Shown here piece after piece: positions 21,002 through 29,321 of a stretch of DNA of 64,000 bases (position 1 is the stretch's first letter; every line of letters starts with the position of its first letter). The translations under genes were made by a program, and so were the position numbers. Below the pieces are notes generated by a model. It was not told where the DNA came from and made no database searches. It saw only the letters and a program-made list of their open reading frames with translations. Source of the DNA: Candidatus Multivoradales bacterium (lineage in GTDB: Bacteria > Acidobacteriota > Thermoanaerobaculia > Multivoradales > Multivoraceae); NCBI GenBank assembly GCA_965223325.1, contig CBDCWI010000001.1, positions 800,001-864,000 of the forward strand, read 5' to 3'.

Positions 21002-22911
21002 ATCGCGGTAGGAGCGCCGGTTGCCCGGCGCCCCCCGCACAGATCCCAGCGTGCACTGCTAATGCACTGGGCTCCTGCCTCAGGTATTGACGACAAGTCG
21101 CTCATCAGGCCAGGGATGTTGGACTCGGGCTTTGGGTAGGTAGTGGGCCACCAGGGCCCACATCCGTTTCCAGGACGTGCGGTCTTTGTCACTGCGTCGG
21201 CGCAGAGCGCGCATCCAGTGCCGAATGACCTCCTGTCGAAAGGCGTTCAACGCCGCTGAGTTGCCGGGTACGCCGTAGTAGGCATTGAAGCCTCGCACCA
21301 CGGATCCCAGCCAGAGACCTTGCTCTGGTAGCGGCGAGTGTCGGTGTCCCAGAAGGGCCGTACCGACAGCCTTCAGTGTCCTGCGGATTCGGTGGCGGCT
21401 CGTGATGCGCTTCAGCAAGAACCTCCCTCGACTAGACTGCGCACAGCAGTGCGTAAAGCCTAGAAACTCGAAGGTCTCCGGCCGCCCGAGACCTCGCGCG
21501 CGTCGGTTGTAGGCCGCAAAGCGGCCAAACTCCAGCAGGCGCGTCTTCTCGGGTTGGATCTCCAACGAGAAGTCACGGAGTCGCAGGTTCAGTTCCTCGA
21601 GGAATCGTTCTGCCTCCTCCTGCCTCTCAAATCCAACGATGAAGTCATCCGCGTAGCGCACGAAGATCATGTCCCCAAGCGCGTTGCGTTTCCTCCACTG
21701 CTGGACCCAGAGATCGAGCACGTAGTGCAGGTACACGTTCCCGAGGAGAGGCGAAATCGTCGCCCCCTGAGGAGTCCCCCGCGTGCTCGCGTGCCACTTA
21801 CCGTCTTCCATCACTCCGGACCTCAGCCATTTCTGGATGAGGCGAAGGATCCTACGGTCTCCGATACGGTGCTCGAGAAACTTCACCAGCCACTCGTGGT
21901 CCAGGGCATCGAAGAACCCACGAATGTCTGCGTCGAGCACCCAGTTCACCTTCCGCTTTGTGATTCCAACGAATAGCGCATCCAAAGCATCGTGCTGGCT
22001 GCGGCCTCGCCTGAATCCGTATGAGTACCCGAGAAAGTCTTCCTCGTAGATCGCATCCAACACCGAGACGACGGCGCGCTGAAGGATCTTGTCCTCCAAC
22101 GTGGCGATGCCAAGCGGTCGGAACCGCCCATCCGATTTCTCGATGTAGACGCGACGAGTCGCACTCGCCCGGTAGCTCCCACGGTGGACACGAGAGTGCA
22201 GGTCCTCGAGATTGCTCAGCAAAGATTCTGCGTACTCGCTCCATGACACTCCGTCCACTCCTGCCGCTGCGTCTCGGTGCAACACGTCAAATGCGCTCCG
22301 GAGTCGCTCGACCGTGATGTGGTGAAGAAGCGCTGTGAACTTCACTTCCTTGCCCCTGCGGGCGGCTTCTCGTACACGGCCCAGCGCATTGCTCGCACTC
22401 TCCATCCGGCTCTGTGTCCGGGGTGCGTTTTGCTTGCCCGTGTTCCCCTTGGCCAGGCCCCTTCCCTCCACCGCCTCCGCCGCTGGTCTCCCACCGTTGT
22501 TCGACGACTTCGCAGGTACTACGGGCCTGTCTGACTTCCGCCATCCGTGCGTCATCGGCTTACGGCCTCTAGCCTTCCCGATGCGGACCAGATACCCAAC
22601 TGGCCAGATCGCGGATCTCCCGGTTCTCGCGCATGGAGATTCCACACATGCACAGGGTCTACGACCGCGGGGAGTCGCCGCAGAGCTCGCGATAGCGCGC
22701 TACGGAGTCTCGCCTTCCGCTTCGCTTGACAGCGTCGGCACTCCCAAATTCTTATTTCGCGGCTCAATACCCGGCCTGTGTGTGCCCCTGTCAACGCTTC
22801 ACCGCACCCTCGCGGGAGCCGGCGCATGACTCGGGGACCCTCTGGGTCGCTACCCCTTCGAGGGTGGGACTCTCTCATTCCTTTCTCCATGCCGGTTTAT
22901 CCCGGCGTATC
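21002..22911 (-). mobile_element. Group II intron (bacterial IIB-type, class E-like), apparently full length
   Basis: Minus strand: 5' end (G)ATACGCCGGGATAAACCGGC; domain V GAGCCCAGTGCATTAGCAGTGCACGCTGGGATC; domain VI hairpin with bulged A, ending ...CTACCGCGAT. Removing it restores an intact 235-bp unit. The 5' boundary is 22910 or 22911; the class assignment is from memory. Confidence 0.92.
21080..22555 (-). CDS. ltrA: Group II intron reverse transcriptase/maturase (no HNH endonuclease domain)
   Basis: AAGVDG, RPLGI, SYGFRRGR, DADIRGFFD, GTPQGATISPLL, YADD, FEFLGF, domain X (RGFNAYY); stop immediately before domain V. Confidence 0.95.
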   Translation of the reverse strand: MTHGWRKSDRPVVPAKSSNNGGRPAAEAVEGRGLAKGNTGKQNAPRTQSRMESASNALGRVREAARRGKEVKFTALLHHITVERLRSAFDVLHRDAAAGVDGVSWSEYAESLLSNLEDLHSRVHRGSYRASATRRVYIEKSDGRFRPLGIATLEDKILQRAVVSVLDAIYEEDFLGYSYGFRRGRSQHDALDALFVGITKRKVNWVLDADIRGFFDALDHEWLVKFLEHRIGDRRILRLIQKWLRSGVMEDGKWHASTRGTPQGATISPLLGNVYLHYVLDLWVQQWRKRNALGDMIFVRYADDFIVGFERQEEAERFLEELNLRLRDFSLEIQPEKTRLLEFGRFAAYNRRARGLGRPETFEFLGFTHCCAQSSRGRFLLKRITSRHRIRRTLKAVGTALLGHRHSPLPEQGLWLGSVVRGFNAYYGVPGNSAALNAFRQEVIRHWMRALRRRSDKDRTSWKRMWALVAHYLPKARVQHPWPDERLVVNT

Positions 22912-23066
22912 CAAGCGGTCCGCCCGGCGGGCCGTCTTCCATGGCGGCCGCCTTGCAGTTGCGGCATAGGACTGCAAAGTTCCGGCGCGCCCCGCGGATT
23001 CGTGCCTCCGATGGAACGATGATCGTGAATGGTGCGGCCTGCGGGTCGCGCTTCAACATTTGGTAG
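22912..23066 (+). repeat. Second half of array A unit 5 plus a partial sixth unit
   Basis: CAAGCGGTCCGCCCGGCGGGCCGTCTTCC... resumes exactly where the unit was interrupted at 21001. Confidence 0.95.
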
Positions 23067-23250
23067 CGTTCACGGTTGGCACCCTACCGAAGCCAGGTCG
23101 AAACCCCTCAACCCGACGTCAGTACCAAACCCGAGAGTGGCAACCCAGAGGCCAATCGATAGACGGCTTCAGAACTCCACTCCAACACGTCCTACCAAAC
23201 GCTGGAGCGCGACCCGGCCGATCCGCCGATCTGAAGAAGAGCGCTCCATC

Positions 23251-24175
23251 GAGGCACGAATCCGCGGGGCGCGCCGGAACTAGGCAGTCCAAAACCGCAA
23301 CTGCAGGGCGGCCGCCATGGAACACGGCACGCGCTACGGACCGCTTGCCCCGCAAAGGTGACCAGTAGCGATGGTCGTGGTAACGACCCGACGCCGAAGC
23401 CACATCGCAACCCCAACTCCAACGTCCTACCAAACGTTGAAGCGCGACCCACAAGCCGCTACCACGATCATCGCTACATCGGAGGCACGAATCCGCGGGG
23501 CGCGACGGAACTAGGCAGTCCAAAACCGCAACTGCAGGGCGGCCGCCATGGAACACGGCACGCGCTACGAACCGCTTGCCCCGCAAAGGTGACCAGTAGC
23601 GATGGTCGTGGTAACGACCCGACGCCGAAGCCACATCGCAACCCCAACTCCAACGTCCTACCAAACGTTGAAGCGCGACCCACAAGCCGCTACCACGGTC
23701 ATCGCTACATCGGAGGCACGAATCCGCGGGGCGCGACGGAACTAGGCAGTCCAAAACCGCAACTGCAGGGCGGCCGCCATGGAACACGGCACGCGCTACG
23801 GACCGCTTGCCCCGCAAAGGTGACCAGTAGCGATGGTCGTGGTAACGACCCGACGCCGAAGCCACATCGCAACCCCAACTCCAACGTCCTACCAAACGTT
23901 GAAGCGCGACCCACAGGCCGCTACCATGGTCATCGCTACATCGGAGGCACGAATCCGCGGGGCGCGACGGAACTAGGCAGTCCAAAACCGCAACTGCAGG
24001 GCGGCCGCCATGGAACACGGCACGCGCTACGGACCGCTTGCCCCGCAAAGGTGACCAGTAGCGATGGTCGTGGTAACGACCCGACGCCGAAGCCACATCG
24101 CAACCCCAACTCCAACGTCCTACCAAACGTTGAAGCGCGACCCACAGGCCGCAACAACCACGACCATCGCTACAC
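23251..24175 (-). repeat. Tandem array B: four 231-bp units, an inverted and diverged homolog of array A
   Basis: GAGGCACGAATCCGCGGGGCGCG at 23251, 23482, 23713 and 23944; it is the reverse complement of array A's CGCGCCCCGCGGATTCGTGCCTC. Confidence 0.97.
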
Positions 24176-25591
24176 CGGCCAGTCAGGGTGCCAGGGCTTG
24201 CTGCGCTCGAAAGCCATCGATGCCTGCAGCACCAGATCCTCGCGATGCCGTGGCCCGACGATCTGCAAACCAACCGGCAGACCCACATCCGAGAGTCCTG
24301 CCCGCACCGAGGCCGCCGGGTGCCACGAGAGGTTGAACGGGATCGTGAACACCGCGACTCCGGCTGGAGGTTGCACGCGACCCTCGGTCTCCTTCGGAAA
24401 CGGTCCGCCGGCGGGCGGCGGATCGTACGGCACCGTTGGCGTGAGCAAGAGATCGAAGCGCTCGAAGACCTCGGCTGTCCATTCGACGACTCGAGCGCGC
24501 GCGCGGGCAGCGGCACCCCAGCGCTCGGGCGTCATATCCCAGGCGGTCTTCAGACCGCGGGCAAACGCCCGGGTAATGTCGTCGGGCCGCTCTTCGAGCG
24601 CCTCGTGAAGCTGCGCGGCGATCTCGAAGTTGCCCAGCGATCCCCAGGCCTCGCCCAGCGCGGGCGGACCGCCTTCGATTCTTTTGACGTCGTGACCAAG
24701 AGCCTCGAAGGCACCAACCGCCTCTTCGACGACCCGCGCCACGTCACTCTGCACTACGCCCACGCCGAGGTCGGGCGCGAAGGCGATGTGCAACCGGCGG
24801 TCGAACGGTTGGCGGACCAGGTCGAGGTAAGAAAACTCGGGGTGTGGCAGTGAGGCAGGATCACCGAGCGACGTCCCCACAACCTGGTCGAGCACCAGCG
24901 CCGCATCTTCCACCGTGCGGGTCAACGGGCCGTAGACCGCAGTCGCCCCGTAGTCCCAGGCGGAAAGTGGATCACGCGGCACGCGACCGTACGACGGCTT
25001 GAGGCCGTAGGCGCCGGTGAAGCTCGCCGGAATGCGAATGGAGCCGCCGCCGTCGCTTGCGGTCACCAGGGGAATGACTCCGCCGGCGAGAACCGCTGCC
25101 GAGCCACCCGAAGAACCACCGGGGGTGCGCTCCGGGTCCCAGGGAGAAGACGTCGTTCCGAACGGCAGGTTCTTGCTGATGGCCGTGAAGCCGAACTCAG
25201 GCGTATTGGTCTTCGCCACCACGATCGCGCCCGCCGCTTTCAGGCGCGCCACCTGCGTCGAGTCGCGCTCGGCCACCTTGCCCTCGAAGAGTTTCGAGCC
25301 CATCGAAGTCGGCATCTCCCGAACATCCTCGAGATCCTTGACCCCGAGCGGGATACCCTCGAGCGCACCACCCTCACCGCGGGCAATGCGCTCCTCGCTG
25401 CGACGAGCATCGAGCATGCACAGCTCCGGATCGCGGCCGACCGTCACGGCGTTCAAGGTGCCCCGGGTCGCCTCGATGCGCGCCAGCACCACTTCCATGA
25501 GCTCGACCGGCGACAGGTCCTTGCGATGGATCCGCTGGGTCAGCTCAACCAGGCTCAGTGTAAAGACTTCGTGCACAGCGCTCCCTCCCAT
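24170..25591 (-). CDS. Amidase signature family protein
   Basis: GVKDL, KTNTPEFG, PGGSSGGS, SDGGGSIRIPAS (Ser-cisSer-Lys triad). Alternative start GTG 25576. Confidence 0.93.
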   Translation of the reverse strand: MGGSAVHEVFTLSLVELTQRIHRKDLSPVELMEVVLARIEATRGTLNAVTVGRDPELCMLDARRSEERIARGEGGALEGIPLGVKDLEDVREMPTSMGSKLFEGKVAERDSTQVARLKAAGAIVVAKTNTPEFGFTAISKNLPFGTTSSPWDPERTPGGSSGGSAAVLAGGVIPLVTASDGGGSIRIPASFTGAYGLKPSYGRVPRDPLSAWDYGATAVYGPLTRTVEDAALVLDQVVGTSLGDPASLPHPEFSYLDLVRQPFDRRLHIAFAPDLGVGVVQSDVARVVEEAVGAFEALGHDVKRIEGGPPALGEAWGSLGNFEIAAQLHEALEERPDDITRAFARGLKTAWDMTPERWGAAARARARVVEWTAEVFERFDLLLTPTVPYDPPPAGGPFPKETEGRVQPPAGVAVFTIPFNLSWHPAASVRAGLSDVGLPVGLQIVGPRHREDLVLQASMAFERSKPWHPDWPV

Positions 25592-25620
25592 GGTGTGAGC
25601 CTAGCAGCCCCACCGATCGG

Positions 25621-25650
25621 AAAAAGGCCGACTCCTGACGGAGTCGGCCT
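25621..25650 (-). terminator. Rho-independent terminator downstream of the PDZ gene
   Basis: Minus strand AGGCCGACTCC-GTCA-GGAGTCGGCCT followed by TTTT. Confidence 0.85.
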
Positions 25651-25683
25651 GGGAATCGGCTCACGCCGGAATGGGCTCGAAAC

Positions 25684-26634
25684 TCAGTCGAAACCCAGTG
25701 CCTGGCACTCGACACTCTCACCGTTCACCAAGCAGTCGCAGGCGCCGTCGTCCTCGCACTGGACCTGGATCTCACACTCGCCACCGTCACCGCAAAACTC
25801 ACTGGTGTCGTGGATGCCGATGACCGATGCACCGCAGTCGGCGTCGTCGCCATCACATTCGACCTTGATCCGCTTGACCATTTTCTGCATGTGGCCCGCG
25901 ACCTCCTGCTCGGGACGCTCGGCGAGCGTCGCCGCGAAGCTCTCGACGCCACCGTCGCGGTAGGCCTGGACCGCAACCGTTTCACCTGTGTCGCGGCCGG
26001 CAATGAGACCCATCAGCGACGAAGACGAAGTCACCGCCTCGCCATCGACTTGCGTCAAGACATCACCTACCTGCAGGCCAGCAGTCTCAGCCGGGCTACC
26101 GGCCACAACCTTCGAAATCAGAACGCCCTCACCCTCCGGTACCCCGAAGTGCGCCCGCAACTCCGGCGTGAGATCGGTCATCGCAACACCGAGAAACGGA
26201 CCGTCGTGGCTGCCATGAATGAAGCGGAAGCCATGCTCCCCGGCCTCTGGGTCCTTCGAGACCCAGACGTGCATGTCGTCGTCACCGTCGCCACTGCCCA
26301 GCACCTGGACATGACCGTCTTCGGAAACAAAGACCTTGCGGTGCAGCTCGCCATCGCCATGACCGAAGACCTGGGTCTCACCGTCTTTCGAAACGAAGAT
26401 CTTCCGATGAACGGTGCCATCGCCCTCGTCGTCGCCCCCAAAGACCTGCACCTTGCCGTCCTCAGAGACAAACACCTGGCGAACCTCCCCGCCGTCACCC
26501 TCGCCCGAGTGAACCTTGACAACCACCTTCTTCTCTTCCGGTTCCTCGGCCAGAGCCGGGGCAAAGAAAGCCAGGGCTCCAGCCGCCAGCACAACGGCGG
26601 CACCTGCAACAAACCTCATCGAAATGCGCTTCAT
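25684..26634 (-). CDS. Secreted PDZ-domain protein with beta-repeats and a Cys-rich C-terminus
   Basis: Signal peptide; three (K/Q)(V/I)FVS(E/K)DGxxQVFG-like repeats; PDZ (FLGV...V..GSPAETAGLQVGDV); 8 Cys in the tail. Confidence 0.8.
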   Translation of the reverse strand: MKRISMRFVAGAAVVLAAGALAFFAPALAEEPEEKKVVVKVHSGEGDGGEVRQVFVSEDGKVQVFGGDDEGDGTVHRKIFVSKDGETQVFGHGDGELHRKVFVSEDGHVQVLGSGDGDDDMHVWVSKDPEAGEHGFRFIHGSHDGPFLGVAMTDLTPELRAHFGVPEGEGVLISKVVAGSPAETAGLQVGDVLTQVDGEAVTSSSSLMGLIAGRDTGETVAVQAYRDGGVESFAATLAERPEQEVAGHMQKMVKRIKVECDGDDADCGASVIGIHDTSEFCGDGGECEIQVQCEDDGACDCLVNGESVECQALGFD

Positions 26635-26847
26635 GTGACCTGATTCTCCTGTGAACAAGTGGGCCCGAGCGAGTGTGCCCAGACGTGCAATCGGAACGAT
26701 TCTGCCAAAGCGGGCCTCCTTAGCCAAAAGCCCCATTCCTCGCTCCCTCTAGAGAAGAACCCACGAACCCGAGAACGGTTCCCATCGGGCAGCAAGAACC
26801 CACGATCGCACGAGTTTCCAAGGGAGACGCCTTCTCTGAGTGCGTCT

Positions 26848-27918
26848 TCAAGTGCGGAGCAGCACTGCCCCCCAGTGCAAGCCGGCGCCCAGGGCCGTAA
26901 ACGCCACCAGATCACCCGTCCCGACCTTGCCAGCAGAGCGGGCATGGAAGAAGGTCAATGGCAATGTCGCAGAGGTCGTGTTGCCGTACCGCTGAATCAC
27001 GTTGTGAACTCGGTCGTCAGGAAGCCCCAGGGCCTTCTGAGCCGCCTCGTTGATGCGCAGATTCGCCTGGTGCATCACCAGAAGCCGCACATCGGAAAGC
27101 TCGAAGCCCTCTCGCTCCAGCAGACTCCTGGTCACCGCCGGCATCCTGGTGACCGCCAACTTGAACGTCTTACGCCCATCCATGACCGGAACCCAGCCGC
27201 CGTCATCGAGCATCTCATGCGACACCATCGGGCGCGACCGCGAGCCAACACCCGGCACGTGCAGCGTGTCCCAGTTCTCGCCCTCGCCATAGATCTCGCT
27301 TCCCACAATGCCGCGCCCATCATCGCCCTCGTGGGCTCGGAAGACCATCGCACCGGCCGCGTCACCAAACAACACCAGCAAATGACGGAAGCGGTTGTTC
27401 CACTCGATGGCCTCTGGGCTGAGACGGCTGTCGTCATCGCCGTGAATGACATCGAAGGTGCGGTCGTCAAAGGGCATCAGACTGGTGTGCACATCGGTTC
27501 CCACCAGCAGCACCGTGCGCGCGATTCCACTCCGAATCAGCGCATCGACCGTTTGTAGGCCATAGGCAAAACCGGCGCACTGCTGTCGCAGGTCGAGCGC
27601 CGGCCGCGGCGGAATCCCCAAACCATGTTGGATGATCGTGCCAGTGCCCGGGAAGTAGTGATCCGGCGTCATCGTCGCGCAGACCACATAGTCGATCTCC
27701 TCGGCCTCGATCCCGGCATCGGCGATCGCACCCTTCGCCGCCTCGATCCCCAGGTCCGAGGACGCAACGCCCGGCTCGACAAAGTAGCGCTGCTCAATGC
27801 CCGTGCGCTCACGAATCCACTGGTCGTCGGTATCCATCACCCGGCCCAGACGATCGTTCTCGACACAGCGCGACCCACGCGCGATCCCACAGCCCAGCAA
27901 CAGTGCCCGCTTTTTCAT
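26848..27918 (-). CDS. fabH: 3-oxoacyl-ACP synthase III (FabH family)
   Basis: DTDDQWIRERTGI, catalytic C in QQCAGF, LFGDAAGA, HQANLRI, YGNTTSA, GAGLHWG. Confidence 0.9.
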   Translation of the reverse strand: MKKRALLLGCGIARGSRCVENDRLGRVMDTDDQWIRERTGIEQRYFVEPGVASSDLGIEAAKGAIADAGIEAEEIDYVVCATMTPDHYFPGTGTIIQHGLGIPPRPALDLRQQCAGFAYGLQTVDALIRSGIARTVLLVGTDVHTSLMPFDDRTFDVIHGDDDSRLSPEAIEWNNRFRHLLVLFGDAAGAMVFRAHEGDDGRGIVGSEIYGEGENWDTLHVPGVGSRSRPMVSHEMLDDGGWVPVMDGRKTFKLAVTRMPAVTRSLLEREGFELSDVRLLVMHQANLRINEAAQKALGLPDDRVHNVIQRYGNTTSATLPLTFFHARSAGKVGTGDLVAFTALGAGLHWGAVLLRT

Positions 27919-28107
27919 TTGAAGGTCTCCTCGAACGAACTTCCCACCGGAAACAGTGAGTGGATCATAGCCGCCCGACTCTAGACTCTCGTTCGAACCG
28001 AAAGACCGCGCACCTGACCAACCCCTCCGATTTCTCGACCGGCCGTCCGGTAGGTTAGAATCGTCGACCCACCCCCCGAAACCGAGTCCACGAGGAGCGC
28101 CCATCTC

Positions 28108-29292
28108 ATGGAGATGAACTTCACCCCCGAAGACGACCAGTTCCGCCAGGAAGTCGCCGAATGGATCCAGACCGCCATGCCCGCCGACATCGCGCTCAAG
28201 GCGCGCGAGGGGGGTGGCTTCTCTGCCGAGGAGACACGCACCTGGCACCGCATCCTCGCCGAGCGCGGTTGGGCAGCTCCCCACTGGCCTGAAGAATACG
28301 GCGGCACCGGCTGGGACGTGACCCGTCGATTCATCTTTCAAGAAGAGATGATCGCCGCGAATGCTCCCTCTCTGTCGCCTTTCGGTCTCAACATGGTTGG
28401 CCCGCTGATCATCCAGTTCGGAACCGACACCCAGAAGGAACGTTTCCTGCCGAAGATTCTGAGCGCCGATGAAATGTGGTGCCAGGGCTACTCCGAGCCG
28501 AACGCCGGCTCCGACCTCGCGAGCCTGCAGTTGCGCGCCGACAAAGACGGCGACGACTACATCCTCAACGGCCAGAAAACCTGGACCAGCGCCGCGCAGT
28601 ACGCCGACTGGATCTTCGTCCTCGCCCGCACCTCGAGCGACGGCAAGAAGCAGGAAGGCATCAGCTTCCTGCTCGCCGACATCAAGAACACCGAGGGCAT
28701 CGAGGTCAAGCCCTTCATGACCATCGGCGGCACGCCAGCCTTCTCCGACACGTTCTTCAAGGATGCACGCGTTCCGCAGTCGAACCGCATCGGTCCCGAA
28801 GGCGGCGGCTGGGCAATGGCCAAGGCCCTGCTCGGCCACGAGCGCGTCGGTATCGGCGGTGTCGGCTCGTCGGCGCGGTGGCTGAACCTGGTCAAGCGCA
28901 TTGCGCAAGAGACCGAAGTCGGCGACCAGACGCTCTTCGACGACCCCACCTTCCGGCGCCGGATCGCACGACTCTCGATGCGTCAGCGCGCCCTCGCGAT
29001 GGCCAACTACCGCACCCTCGCCGCGGCACAGGTCGGTCGCGCGCCGGGTCCGGAAAGTTCGATTCTCAAGATCGTCGGTACCGAGCTCGGCCAGGAAGTC
29101 ACCGAGCTCGCGATGGACGCCCTCGGCCACAGCGCTCAGGGCTGGCTCGACGCGCCCGAGGGCACCGTTCCCGCCTACCAGCGCACAATCGCCAGTGAGT
29201 TCAACTACCTGCGTGCCGCGACGATCTACGGCGGCTCCAACGAGATCCAAAAGAACATCATCTCGAAGAACATCCTCAACCTGCCGCGTTAG
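28108..29292 (+). CDS. Acyl-CoA dehydrogenase (PimC-like catalytic subunit)
   Basis: WCQGYSEPNAGSDLASL, NGQKTWTS, TIYGGSNEIQ with catalytic Glu. Confidence 0.92.
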   Translation: MEMNFTPEDDQFRQEVAEWIQTAMPADIALKAREGGGFSAEETRTWHRILAERGWAAPHWPEEYGGTGWDVTRRFIFQEEMIAANAPSLSPFGLNMVGPLIIQFGTDTQKERFLPKILSADEMWCQGYSEPNAGSDLASLQLRADKDGDDYILNGQKTWTSAAQYADWIFVLARTSSDGKKQEGISFLLADIKNTEGIEVKPFMTIGGTPAFSDTFFKDARVPQSNRIGPEGGGWAMAKALLGHERVGIGGVGSSARWLNLVKRIAQETEVGDQTLFDDPTFRRRIARLSMRQRALAMANYRTLAAAQVGRAPGPESSILKIVGTELGQEVTELAMDALGHSAQGWLDAPEGTVPAYQRTIASEFNYLRAATIYGGSNEIQKNIISKNILNLPR

Positions 29293-29321
29293 GCCCTCAG
29301 GCCCCAGCCGAGGAAAGAATC

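Noticed and set aside
21080-22555. Retron, DGR or defence RT
   Set aside because: It has the maturase domain X and flanking ribozyme domains; no msr/msd, template/variable repeat pair or accessory gene.
19931-24175. CRISPR array or CRISPR-associated RT
   Set aside because: Units repeat over their full 231-235 bp with no unique spacers and no cas genes; the RT is embedded in recognisable intron domains V and VI.
23119-24608. Long repeat-encoded ORFs (465 aa minus, 416 aa plus) and the short ORFs in array A
   Set aside because: 231 is a multiple of 3, so frames stay open by chance; the 235-bp homolog breaks frame, the composition is non-protein-like and one ORF overlaps the amidase.
26848-29250. 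800-aa FabH fusion ORF
   Set aside because: The N-terminal ~440 aa are the antisense shadow of the acyl-CoA dehydrogenase; FabH begins at 27918.
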